This document shows positions 1-11,452 of a stretch of DNA of 55,724 nucleotides, piece by piece. Location: the NCBI RefSeq assembly GCF_004010195.1, contig NC_057720.1, positions 3,443,216 to 3,498,939 on the forward strand. The letters run 5' to 3'. The notes beneath the pieces are model-generated. The model made no database searches, was not told the DNA's origin, and worked only from the letters and a program-made list of their open reading frames with translations. A program made the position numbers and the translations under genes. Within the stretch, counting starts at the first letter, position 1. The number at the start of each line of letters is the position of its first letter. Source of the stretch: Chiloscyllium plagiosum (Eukaryota).

Positions 1-254
1 TTCAGCTAACAGCCTCGGTTTTGAACTTGTTAATAGCCTTGCTGAACAAAAATTGATCAATTTCAGCTTCAAAATTTTTAACAGATCCCTATGTTAAACT
101 GCATTTTTGGGGACCAAGACTTCCAGATTTTCACTGTCCCTTGTGTAAAGAACTGCTTCCTGACAACAGTGCAGAACTGCTGACGTCTAATTATAAGGTT
201 TTGCCCTTGTTCTGGATGCTCTGTACTTAAAGGGATAGCATTAGGGAGAAAGAA

Positions 255-1110
255 ATACAGGAACATAGGAACAGCCCATTAAGTCTGCTTCACCATTCAA
301 TTAGTTCTTGGCTGACCTTCTGCCACAATGCCTCTTTCCTGCACTTATCTGGGGATATTTCTATATTCATTAATGCAATTAATCTCCAAAAATTGATCAA
401 TATATTAAATCTGCTCAGTGATCAGGTTTCCATAGCCCTCTGAGACAGAGAATTCCAAAGATACGCCACCCTCTGAGTGAAGAAATTCCTCCTCATCTCA
501 GTCTTAATGTCCACCCTCTACATTGAGATTATGTCTTCTGGTTTTAGACTCAGTAGTCAAGGGAAACATTTTACATAAACCCATCTTATCACACCCTGTA
601 AGAGTTTTGTTTCAATGAGGTCACCCTTCATTCTTCAAAATGCTACAGAATACAGGCCAAATTTCAGAAAACAATCCCATCAACTAGGGGATTAATATAG
701 TTAATTTCTGTTGCACTGGGTCTATAAAAGTTTAGCCCTCCTTAGAAAAGAGGGTTAAAACTGTACAGAAAACTCCAGATGGGGTCTCACCAAGGCTCCA
801 CATAACTGCAGCAAGATATCTTTACTCCTGTGCTCAAAGGCGAATACAATGGAGGCCAACACACTAGTTATCTTCCTAATTGCTTGCTGTACCTGCATGG
901 TGGCTTCTAGTTATTCATGAACAAGGTCAAATAGTCTCTTTGGACATCTGAACTATTTAGGATTTTTGGGATGCTATTAGTACCTTCTACTATGAAGAAT
1001 GATGCAAAGTATTTATTCATCTTCTGTGCCATTTTTTGATACTCATTATTATTTCCTAGGTCTTATTCTCTAAGGGATTTATGTTCACGATGGCTTCTTT
1101 CTTCCCTTTA
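255..1110 (-). mobile_element. Old, decayed CR1-clade LINE 3' part. Probably continues at ~3480-3960 after interruption by a younger CR1.
   Basis: Reverse complement resembles the CR1 3' region seen in younger copies of this window (e.g. ccaccctctgagtgaagaaattcctcctcatctcagtc; aaaactgtacagaaaactccagatggggtctcaccaaggc). No long ORF. Confidence 0.7.
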
Positions 1111-3478
1111 ATCAATGCAAGAGGCCAAACAGGGAAGGCAGATGAACTCAGGGCATGGCTAGGAACATGGGACTGGGATATCATGGTAATTACAGAGATG
1201 TGGCTCAGGGATGGACATGACTGGCAGCTTAATGTTCCAGGGTACAAATGCTATAGGAAAGATAGAAAGGGGGACAAGAGAGGAGGAGGTGTCACATTTT
1301 TGATAAGGGATAGCATTACAGCTGTACTTAGAGAGGATATTCCTGAGAATATATGCAGGGATGTTATTTGGGTGGAACTGAGAAATAAGAAAGGGATGAT
1401 CACTTTATTGGTATTGTAAAAAAAAACCCAAATAGTCAGTGGGAAACTGAGAAACAAATTTGTAAGGCGATCTCAGTTATCTGTAAGAATAATAGGATGA
1501 TTATGGTAAGGGATTTTAGCTTTCCAAACGTAGACTGGGACTGCCATAGTGTTAAGAGTTTAGATGGAGATGATTCAGTATGTGGATGTACCTACTAGAG
1601 AAGGTGCAAAACTTGACCTACTCGTAGGAAATAAGGCAGGGCAGGTGACTGAGGTGTCTGTGGGGAGCACTTTGGGGCCAGCGATCATAATTCTATTAGT
1701 TTTAAAATAATGATGGAAAAGGACAGACCAGACTTAAAAGTTGAAGTTTTAAATTGGAGGAAGGCTAATTTTCATGGTATTAGGCAAGAACTTCAAAAGT
1801 TGATTGGGGGCAGATGTTCACAGGTAAAGGGATGGCTGGAAAATTAGATGAGAGTCCAGAGAAAGTATATTCCTGTTAGGGTGAAAGGAAGGCTGGTAAG
1901 TTTTGGGAATGCTGGATATTGAGAGAAATTGAGGGTTTGGTTAAGAAAAGGAGGGAAGCATATGTTAAGTACAGACAGCAGAGATCGGGTGAATCCTTAG
2001 AAGAGTATACATAAGAGGGAAATCAGGAGGGCAAAAATGGGACAAGAGAAAGCTTTGGCAAAAATGGTTAAGGAGAATCCAAAGGAATTTTACAAATACA
2101 TTAAGGACAAAAGGGTAACTAGGGAGAGAATAGGGCCCCACAAAGATCAGCAAGGCAGCCTATGTGTGAAGCCGCAGGAGATGGGGGAGATACTAAACGA
2201 GTACTTTGCATCAGTCTTTACTGTGGAGAAGGACATGGAAGATATAGAATGTGGGGAAACAGATGGTGACATCTTGAAAAATGTCCATGTTACAGAGGAG
2301 GAAGTGCTGGATGTCTTGAAAAGCATAAAAGTGGATAAATCCCCAGGACCCGATCAGGTGTACTTATGGCAGAGCATTAGATGTGATCTATATGGACTTC
2401 AGTAAGGCATTCGACAAGGTTCCCCATGGGAGACTGGTTAGCATAGGTTGTATCTCATGGAATATAGAGAGAACTAGCCACTTGGATACAGAACAGGTCC
2501 AAGACAGAGGGTGGTGGTGGGGGGTTGTTTTTCAGACTGGAGATCTGTGACCAGTGGAGTGTCACAAGGATCGGTGCTGGGTCCACTACTTTTCATCATT
2601 TATATAAATGATGTTGATGTGAACATAGGAGGTACAGTTAGTAAGTTTGCAGATGACATCAAAATTGGAGGTGTAGATAGCGAGGAAGGTTACCTCAGAT
2701 TACAACAGGATCTTGATCAGATAAGCCAATGGGCTGAGAGGTGGCAAATGGAATTGAATTTCGATAAATGTGAGATGCTGCATTTTGGAAAGGAAAATCA
2801 GAGCAGGACTTATACACTTAATGGTAAGGCCCTAGGGAGTGTTGCTGAACAAAGAGACCTTGGAGTGCAGGTTCGTAGTTCCTTGAAAGTGGAGTCACAG
2901 GTAGATAGGATCGTGAAGAAGGCGTTTGGTATGCTTTCCTTTATTGATCAGTGTATTGAGTACAGGAGTTGGGAGGTCATGTTGCGGATATACAGGCCAC
3001 TTTTGGAATATTGTGTACAATTATGGTCACCCTCCTTTTGGAAGGGTGTTGTGAAACTTGAAAGGGTTTAGAAAAGATTTACAAGGATGTTGCCAGGGTT
3101 GGAGGATTTGAGCTACAGGGAGAGGCTGAACAGGCTGGGGCTGTTTTCCCTGGAACGGCAAAGGTTGAGAGGTGACCTTATGGAGGTTTATAAAATCATG
3201 AGGGTCATGGATAGGGGAAAAAGACATAAATGAGAGGACATTGGTTTAAGGTGAGAGGGGAATAATTTAAAAGGGACCTAAGGGGCAGAGGGTGGTGCGT
3301 GTATGGAAGTGGTGGCGGCTGATACAATTACAGCAGTTAAAAGGCATCTGGATGGGTATATGAATAGGAAGGGTTTGGAGGGATATGGGCCAAGTGCTGG
3401 GAAATGGGATAAGTTTAATTTAGGATATCTAGTTGGCATGGACGAGTTGGACCGAAGGCTCTGTATTTCTCTATGATT
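1111..3478 (+). mobile_element. CR1-clade (HER1-like) LINE ORF2 remnant: AP-endonuclease, RT and 3' end, with frameshifts and deletions
   Basis: ORF fragments: NARG...DIMVITEMWL...GYKCYRKDR..RGGGV (endonuclease); [34 protein letters not shown] (RT); RPLLEYCVQLWSP. Confidence 0.93.
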
Positions 3479-4959
3479 CTGATATATTTAAGTAAGCTGA
3501 TGCTGTTCATCTTGATATTACATGGAAGTTTACAACAACTTTATTATTTCCTGAATGTCTTTTGTTGGTTTTTAAATTTTCCCAATCATCCAGCTTACCA
3601 CAATCTTTGCCATAATATATGTTTTCCTTTTCAATTTAATGCTGTTGTTAATTTCCCTCGTTAACCAGGGTTGGCTTATCCCATTCCTAGAATCCTTCTT
3701 TCTCCTTGGGATGTTTCTTATTGTGAACCATGACCTACTTTCTTAAATATCGACCATTGTCTATCAACTGTCCTTGATACTAAATTCTTTATCCTGCCCT
3801 CATTCCTCTGTGATTACCCTTATTTCAATTGAATACAGTGTTTCAGATCCACGTTTCTCACTCTCAAACTGAACGCTAAATTCTATCATGTTTCCTCAGG
3901 GTCTTTTACTCTGCAATCATTTTTAACTCTGCCCCATTTCACATCACCAGATCTAAAATGCCATTGTAGACAAAAGCACTATGGGTATACCTACAGCACA
4001 CAGAATAAGTCAGTTCAGCAGCACTTACTTATAGGGGAGAATAAAAGATGGGTAAGAAATACTGGTCTTGTCAGCAATGCATATCCCAAGAACAAATTTT
4101 ATAAACCTGTAACTTCTCAGTTATAATAAATTTCAATGTTCTAGGAAATACAAGTCTAGTCTATGCAACTGCCCTGATAAATTAACTCTTTTATCCAGAA
4201 TATAATGCTAACCTCTCAGAATTTGGCAATAATATGCATTCCATGTTAACCAGTCATTGGGCAACTTGCCTGCTTTTGGAACTGGATATGTTTCTCTTTG
4301 TTTCTCTCTCTCTCAAAATTAGAGTGCCAATGACTTTCCTGAGGCAATGTGAACAATTTGGCTGATTAATGTATCAATTTGACTTTGAAACAAATAATCC
4401 AGCTCCTCCTATTTGATACTGGGTACATTTACTCCCAGATTGGAACCTTCAAACGATAGTTTGAAGAACTGATCATTTAATTTGCCTCTGATTTTCATGA
4501 GTTTGTGGATATTTGTGTTAGTTTGACCTTCTACCAGATTCTAGGCTGTTGTAGTGGAGCAGAAACAGCAATTTGTGCACAGGGATGTGATGATAGACAA
4601 TAGACAATAGGTGCAGGAGTAGGCCATTCTGTCCTTCAAGCCAGCACCACCATTCATTATTATCATGGCTGATCATCCTCAATCAGTATCCTTTTCCTGC
4701 CTTATTCCCATAACCCTTTTTTCCACTCTATCCAACTCTTTCTTGAAAGTATCCAGAGACTTGGCCTCCACAGCCTTCTGGGGCAGAGCATTCCATACAC
4801 CCACCACTCTCTGGGTGAAGAAGTTTCTCCTCAACTCTGTTCTAAGTGGTCTACCCCTTATTTTTGAGGAGAAAGTGAGGTCTGCAGATGCTGGAGATCA
4901 GAGCTGAAAATGTGTTGCTGGAAAAGCGCAGCAGGTCAGGCAGCATCCAGGGAACAGGA

Positions 4960-4996
4960 GAATCGACGTTTCGGGCATAAGCCCTTCTTCAGGAAT
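4960..4996 (-). ncRNA. Minimal type I hammerhead ribozyme motif (PLE-associated)
   Basis: Minus strand reads attc-CTGAAGA-a-GGGC-ttat-GCCC-GAAAC-GTC-gattc: CUGANGA core, stem II, GAAA, palindromic ACGU stem III, GUC triplet. Confidence 0.7.
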
Positions 4997-5031
4997 CCTG
5001 AAGAAGGGCTTATGCCTGAAACATCGATTCT
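4992..5031 (+). ncRNA. Hammerhead ribozyme motif, opposite-strand copy with CpG-type changes
   Basis: GGAATC-CTGAAGA-a-GGGC-ttat-GCCT-GAAAC-ATC-GATTCT. Stem I GGAAUC/GAUUCU can pair. Confidence 0.55.
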
Positions 5032-6127
5032 CCTGTTCCCTGGATGCTGCCTGACCTGCTGCGCTTTTCCAGCAACACATTTTCAGCTACCTCTTATTTT
5101 TAAACTGTGTCCTCTGGTTCAGGACTCACCCATCAGCGGAAACATGCTTCCTGCCTCCAGAGTGTCAAATCCTTTAATAATCTTATATGTCTCAATCAGA
5201 TCCCCTCTCAGCCTTCTAAACTCAAGGGTATACAAGCCGAGTTGCTCCAATCTTTCAACGTAAGATAGTCCTGCCATTCCGGGAATTGACCTCGTGAACC
5301 TACGCTGCACACCCTCAATAGCCAGAATGTCTTTCCTCAAACTTGGAGACCAAAACTGCACACAATATTCTAGGTGTGGTCGCACCAGGGCCCTGTACAG
5401 CTGCAGAAGGACCTCTTTGCTTCTATACTCAATTCCTCTTGTTATGAAGGCCAGCATGCCTTCTTCACTGCCTGCTGTACCTTCATGCTTGCTTTCATTG
5501 ACTGATGTATAAGAACACTTAGATCTCTTTGTACTGCCCCTTTACCTAACTTGACTCTATTTAGGTAGCAATCTGCCTTCCTGTTCTTGCCACCAAAGTG
5601 GATAACCACACATTTATCCACATTAAACTGCATCTGCCATGCATCCGTCCACTCACCTAGCCTGTCCAGATCACCCTGTAATCTCCTAACATCCTCCTCA
5701 CAGTTCACCCTGCCACCCATCTTTGTGTCATCAGCAAATTTGCTGATATTACTTTCATCTATATCATTAATGTACATTGTAAAAAGCTGTAGTACCAGCA
5801 CTGATCCCTGCGGTACCCCACTGGTCACTGCCTGCCATTCAGAAAAAGGAGCCGTTTGTCACTACTCTTTGTTTCCTGTCAGCCAACCAATTTTCAATCC
5901 AAGTCAGTATTTTGCCCCTAATGCCATGTGCCCTAATTTTGCTCACTAACCTCCTATGTGGGACTTTATCGCTGTTCATGAACAGTGGTATACCACAGGG
6001 ATTGGTGTTGGACTCTTGCTATTTGTTTTGTACTTTAACAACTTGGATGTGAATATAGAAGGTATAATTACTAAGTTTGCAGATGACATGAAAATTGGTG
6101 GTGTTGATAGTGAGGGGCAAGGTAAAT

Positions 6128-6712
6128 AGTGTTCAGGCTCATGAGCTCATCTGCTCCAGGCTGGCCACATCCTTCTTTTTCTCCCCTTTCCTGTCCTTTT
6201 CTTTTTGTTTTTAAAAAATCTTTTCTTCGTCTTCGTGGGGAAGCCGGAGGGTGTTCAACAGTTGTCGACTGCAGCGGTGGCCTGAAGCATGGGATCAGCA
6301 GGTCTTCAGTGGCGGTGCCTGGAGCGAGGAGTTCTGGCTATGGGAAGGCTGGATTGTGAAATTGTGGACTTGGTGGGTCTTTGGCTGCAGTGGTCGCAGT
6401 GTCTGATGTGAGGACACCTGACTGCGGTAGGCCTGAAACATGGACTGGTGGGCTTGACGGGTCGTCAGCTGTGGCGATAGTGGTGCCAGAATGGGGACTC
6501 TTGGTGGTGTAGGCCTGATGTGTGGAGACACCCTGATGTCTCGGACACTATGGAGAGTCCTCACTGAATCCCTGGAGCTGTGTTTGAAAACCCGTAGTAC
6601 AGATGATGAACTTTATTTGTGTAATTTGCTTTTATTCTTTTTGTAACTCAAAATGGCCCCAGAGTGTGGTGACCTTCACTGTATCTTTCTAGATATATGT
6701 GACAATAAATAG
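6128..6712 (+). mobile_element. GC-rich non-coding retroposon insert with LINE-derived 3' tail (unclassified SINE-like element)
   Basis: Interrupts a CR1 RT. Flanked by taaatagt at ~6123-6130 and ~6706-6713. Ends ttcactgtatc..atatgtgacaataaa, a tail type I associate with Rex1/L2-mobilised elements. Confidence 0.55.
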
Positions 6713-6845
6713 TTCATAAATAAGATATTAAATGTTGGTAAATTGGGCAGAGTAATAGCAGATGGAATTCAATCCTGATATTGCAAGACAGTGCATTTTA
6801 GGAGGTCCAACAAGGGATGGATATACACAACAAATGGTAGGACCA

Positions 6846-7140
6846 GGCAGCACGGTGGCTCAGTGGTTAGCACTGCTGCCTCACAGCGCCAGGGTCCCAG
6901 GTTTGACCCCAGCCTCAGGTGACTGTCTGTGTGGAGTTTGCACATTCTCCCCGTGTCTGCATGAGCTCCCTCCGGGTGCTCCGGTTTCCTCCCACAGTCC
7001 AAAGATGTGCAGGTCAGCCAAATTGGCTATGCTAAATTTATCATAGTATTAGGTGCAATGGGTCTAGGTGGGTTACTCTTCAGGAGGTCAGTGTGGACTT
7101 GTTGGGCCGAAGGGCCTGTTTCCACACTGCAGGGAATCTA
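6846..7140 (+). mobile_element. HE1-type tRNA-derived V-SINE
   Basis: Head ggcagcacggtggctcagtggttagcactgctgcctcac (A box), core gtggagtttgcacattctccccgtgtctgc, CR1-like tail ccgaagggcctgtttccacactg. Confidence 0.9.
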
Positions 7141-7817
7141 AGACCCTAAGGAGTACTGAGGAACAATGGGACCTTGATGTACAAGTCCATAGATCCCTGA
7201 AGGGGGCAGCACAGATAGATAGGGAGGGAAAGCAGGAAAACCAGATGTTTACCTTCACTAACCAGGGCGTAGAATAGAGGAGCAGGGAAATATTGTTGCA
7301 AATTTATAGGACATTGGCTAGGCCACAGATGGAATACTGTGTAGTTCTGGTCACCACAGTATCAGAAGGATGTAATGGCACTGAAGAGGGTGCAGGCTGT
7401 TGCTAGGGTGGAAAATCTCAGTTATTAGGAGAGGCTGGACAGGCTTGGTTTGTTTTCCTAGGAACAAAGGAGGCTGAGGAAGCTGGGCAGGGAATCTGAC
7501 AGAGGGATACAAAATAATGAGAGGCATAGATAGGGTAAATTGTGAAAATCTTTTCTCTGTGGCAGACGGGTTTAAAACCAGCAGGTATAAATCTAAGATG
7601 AGCAGTAAGTCGTTTAGAGGAGTTCAAAGCAAAAATCTTTTCATCCAGAGGGTGGTAGAAATATGGAATGTGCAGCCTGAGCTCTCAAAACACTTAAAAA
7701 GCACTTTGTCAAACACTTAAAATGGCAGAGTTTGTAGGCTGTGAACCAAGAGGGGATAAGTGTATACTGGTGTTTTTGGTTGTCACAGGCATATGGGCTG
7801 AAGGGTCTGTTTCTGTG

Positions 7818-8032
7818 AGAAAGTGAGGACTGCAGATGCTGGAGATCAGAGTCAAAGAGTGTGGTGCGGGAAAAGCCAGCAGGTCAGACAGCATCCAAGG
7901 AGCAGGAAAGTCGATGTTTTGGGCATAAGCCCTTCATCAGGAATGTTGATGAAGGGCCTATGCCCAAAACATCAACTTTTCTGCTCCTCGGATGCTGCCT
8001 GACCTGCTGTGCTTTTCAGTGTGACACTTTTT
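7818..8032. mobile_element. Fold-back PLE-terminus insert with degenerate hammerhead cores and ~15-bp TSD
   Basis: gggcataagcccttcatcaggaatgttgatgaagggcctatgccc at the inversion centre. TSD gggtctgtttctgtg (7803-7817) / gggtctgtttctatg (8033-8047). Confidence 0.82.
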
Positions 8033-8080
8033 GGGTCTGTTTCTATGCTGTATGATGTTATGACTTTATCATCTATTTTA

Positions 8081-8242
8081 CAGGCATAAGCCCTTCATCA
8101 GGAATGAGCCTCATTCCTGATAAAGGGCTTATGCCTGAAACACTGACTCTCCTGCTCCTTGGATGCTGCCTGACCTGCTGTGCTTTTCCAGCAGCACACT
8201 TTTCAACTCTGATCTCCAGCATCTGCAGCCCTCACTTTCTCC
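8081..8242 (+). mobile_element. PLE-terminus insert with short 5' inversion and ~13-bp TSD
   Basis: caggcataagcccttcatcaggaatgag/ctcattcctgataaagggcttatgcctg hairpin. TSD tatcatctatttt (8067-8079) / tatcgtctatttt (8243-8255). Confidence 0.8.
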
Positions 8243-8564
8243 TATCGTCTATTTTGGTAAATGTGGTTGCTTTAATATTGATGAGGAAGGTGTCCCCAGT
8301 TCTCATTCAAAGTGGTTCTTTGGGTCTTTCCAGTCAGAACCTTGCTTTAACATTTCCTTCAAAAGGCTTGCATGTAAAAAGCACCTTGCACCATATGTGG
8401 AGGGGACCTTGGTGTCTTGGAGGTCTAATAAGGGATGGATATAGCCACCATTTGTTATATATATCCATCCTTACTAGACCTCCTAAAATGCATTGCTTTG
8501 CAATTATCAGGATTGAATTCCATCTGCTATTACTCTGCTCAATTTACCAATTGATAAATATTTT

Positions 8565-8940
8565 ATTTATGTGTCCCAATGCATTCTCGAGCCAATACAG
8601 AACTTTTGAAGTGTAGTCACTCTTGTTACATTGGAAATACAGTAGTTAATTGGTGTACAGTAGGTTCCCACAAGCAACTCTGTGACACTGGCAAGATAAT
8701 CTGTTTTCATGGTGTTAATTGAAGAATGAATAGAACTCTCCTGCTCAATGAAACAGTGCTACAGGACTTTGTACATCATCCAAGGGGTTAGATGAGCCAT
8801 GGCTGAACATCTTATTGGAAAGAGGACATCTCCAACAGTGCAGCACTCCCTTAATGATGCACAGCAGTGCCAGTTTAGATTTTGTGTTCTGGAGTGATTC
8901 TTGAAACCAAAACATTGTGATTCCCAGGTGAATGTGTCAA
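8565..8940 (-). mobile_element. Deu-domain SINE (SacSINE1/AmnSINE1-related), decayed
   Basis: cttttgaagtgtagtcactcttgttaca..ttcccacaagcaac..gataatctgtttt..acagtgcagcactccct matches the reverse complement of the Deu domain as I recall it. Confidence 0.65.
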
Positions 8941-9467
8941 AAATAGAGATAAAATTGTCTATTCAAATAAGCAGACTGTTTCTGAAACTTTAAATCTGTT
9001 ATAGTAGTGGTAAATACAGACTCTCAAATGTTAACCTCCATCACTTGATTATTTTACCTGAGACCTTTAAGGGGTGAAATAGTTTTTTCAAAAAGGGAGA
9101 AATATGGACCTAAAATGGCTGCAGTGGTCACCTCATGAATAAACAAAACTATTTGCGATAGGAGTTACCATTGTTATTTGAAGATATTAAAATCAGGCAA
9201 TTGAGTCAGTGAAAGACATTTGTTTGCATATGGTAACTGCATATATTCAAAGATGAAAGGCTCACCTTGCAATTAGGTACGTGGAAAAAAATGGAGCTAG
9301 TCTCCGAATACAGACATTATATTTAAACAATTTCATTAGATTCATAAGAACAGAAATTGAAAGGCTAGTTCTCTCTCTCACTCTTTCTCTCCCTGTCTCT
9401 GCCCATGTGGCTCTCAATATCTGAAGTCACCTCCTCAACAAAAGCAACTTGACAAAACATTCTCAGG

Positions 9468-9645
9468 TTTGACAACATCTGTGGAGAGAAAGTACAATGT
9501 TTCGGTCCAGTGACTGTCCTCCACACCACTGAGGTCTGAACAAGGGTCACTGGATTTGAACTGTTGGCTCTGCTTTCTCTCCACAGATGTTGAGTTTCTC
9601 CTGCAATTTCTGCTTTTGTTTCAGATGCACAGCATCTGCAGTTTT
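9468..9645. mobile_element. Old fold-back PLE-terminus remnant of a different subfamily
   Basis: aacatctgtggagagaaag...ctttctctccacagatgtt inverted arms. Decayed core ctgaacaagggtcactggatttgaa. Ends cagcatctgcagtttt. Confidence 0.55.
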
Positions 9646-9826
9646 TTTTAAAAAAAGCATTGATTCACCAAGAACTCCAGAATTATACAAATGTTATTAC
9701 TGCTGAAGAAACAAACAATAGTTAAACAATAGTCATACTCAGGTTTCATTTGGGCTCAAAAATGCTACATAGCTTTAGTCTTGTCTATAACAGCCTCTTC
9801 TTTTCAATCCTATGACCTGCATTTCT

Positions 9827-9844
9827 GTGTGTGTGTGTGTGTGT
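9827..9844. repeat. (TG)n microsatellite
   Basis: tgtgtgtgtgtgtgtgtg run. Confidence 0.85.
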
Positions 9845-10989
9845 CACATTTCATTATTTTTTCTTTGGGTTGCTAAGTAATAAAATTCATTTATCTTTCA
9901 CTCAATGGTACCTTCTCAGTTTTGGATCCAATGGCAGGACCTTCCATGTCCTTGGAAAAGGTCAGTCCTAAACACTGAAGAAGTTGGTCAGCTCAGCTGC
10001 CTAGAGCATTAGTGTTTGATGCACAATAATGGGTTCAGTCGCTGGATGGCTGCCTCCTCACCTTACTCCATGCTTGTAGAGTGGTTACCTTCAAGGTATA
10101 AATAACTGATTGTCTATAGCTTCTTATCATTACATTAAAGAACTGGAACAGGGATTGAACCACAGCCTTCTGTCTTAAAGCTGAAAGCTCCACTGTTCTT
10201 TTATTTTTCTGTTTATTTTTCAGGACTGGATTATTATTGGAGCATCAGATCCTTTGCATTATACAGCAGGGTTGGGGCTATTGTTGAAATATTAGCATGA
10301 AATGGAGGTGGCGATGTTCTGCTTAATTAATTGTTTTACCTTGACATTATAAATATAACTTGATTATACATTTGTGTGGCATATTATCATTCCCTGATGA
10401 TGTAAGGCAATCAATATCAAACCTTAAATTGCATTTACTTCATTTTCAAATGTGGACAGACTTTCTCTTTTGTGGGTGATTTTACATTGCAAATGAAACA
10501 GTATTTATACAGTTACATCTTGAATTGTTGAGTGAAATGGAATGTGTGTTACTCAGTGGCTTGAAGGCTATATTTTTCTCATCTTCTCAAAGGTAATCTA
10601 AGCTGCAGCCAATTGTAACAGATTTGCTGGTGGCTACAGCTGGCAGTGTTCATATGCTACATCTGCTTGGCTGTTCCACCTAGCTCAGGCTGGGAAAATG
10701 AGGTCTATTTGAATAACGTGGGAAGTTTCTCTGTCTGAAAGAGTGAATTTAATCCATCTTCAAAGCCTGACTGTCATGGGCCTAGAGGCAACATGAATTA
10801 GTGTAGTCATGGTGTCTCTCTGTATGATTTTTTTTCATTTATTCAAAAGTAATTCTTTACAACTTTTAAGTCCATACTGAATCTGATTGGTGTGGCTCAG
10901 ATCAACATTTGAAAGATCTTTCTGATATAACCAATCAGAATCTAAGGGACAAGAGCAGGAAAAGGCCGTTCAGCTTTAGTTATCTCATA

Positions 10990-11452
10990 TCACAGCCAAG
11001 GAACAAACATGGTCAAAACAGCTGAATTCCAGAGGGGAGGTGAGAGTGACTGCCCTTGACACTAATATTGCATTTGAGTGAGTGGAGCATCATGAAGCCC
11101 TGGCAAAACTGGAGTCAATGGGAATCAGAAGCAAAACTCTCCACTGGATGGAGTCATACAAGGCACACAGGAAGACGGTTGTGGTTATTGGAGTTCAGTT
11201 GTCTCAGCTCCAGGACATCTCAGCACAGGTTTCTCAGGGAGGTGTCCCAGGCTCATTTGTCTTCAGCTACTTCATCAATGAACTTCCCTCCATCATAAGG
11301 TCAGAAGTGAGGATGTTTACTGATGATTGTACAATGTGAAAGAACCATTCGCAACTCTTCAGATACTGAAGTAGTACATGTCCAATTGCAGTAAGACTTG
11401 GATAATATTAAGGTTTGGGCTAACAAGTAGCAAGTAACATTCATACCACACA
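10990..11452 (+). mobile_element. CR1-clade LINE RT fragment, second family (as 34573-36785)
   Basis: ORF ALAKLESMGIRSKTLHWMESY..SQGGVPG..FINELPSIIRSEVRMFTDDCTM. Confidence 0.8.

Larger units (their letters stand above)
4866..5088. mobile_element. Fold-back (palindromic) Penelope-like-element terminal-repeat insert with 15-bp TSD
   Basis: Arms 4902-4994 and 4996-5088 are near-perfect reverse complements. Flanked by ctaccccttattttt (4851-4865) and ctacctcttattttt (5087-5101). Sequence matches the terminus of the RT/GIY-YIG element at 32322-34572. Confidence 0.88.
4592..5970 (-). mobile_element. CR1 LINE, 5'-truncated RT and 3' end with (CTATTGT)n tail. Interrupted by the palindromic insert at 4866-5086.
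   Basis: Minus-strand ORFs [13 protein letters not shown] and RPHLEYCVQFWSP. Tail atagacaatagacaatagg. Same subfamily as 36786-39148. Confidence 0.93.
5971..8065 (+). mobile_element. Older CR1 LINE RT/3' fragment, split by three later insertions
   Basis: aacagtggtataccacaggga..aagtttgcagatgac (SGIPQG..KFADD); cagatggaattcaatcctga; ggccacagatggaatactgtg. The reading resumes across the inserts at 6128-6712, 6846-7140 and 7818-8032. Confidence 0.8.

Noticed and set aside
4898..5263. Near-identical peptides MCCWKSAAGQAASREQENR on both strands; similar 'LLGCCLTCCAFP' peptides elsewhere
   Set aside because: Artefact of the palindromic PLE terminus, not a cysteine-rich peptide gene family.
6846..6915. 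tRNA-like A/B box heads (also 44955-45019, 54005-54072, 15704-15782)
   Set aside because: They run directly into SINE bodies and tails and give no complete cloverleaf; SINE heads, not tRNA genes.
10642..10665. tggcagtgt, identical to the miR-34/449 5' end
   Set aside because: The following bases do not match the mature miRNA and I see no convincing precursor hairpin.
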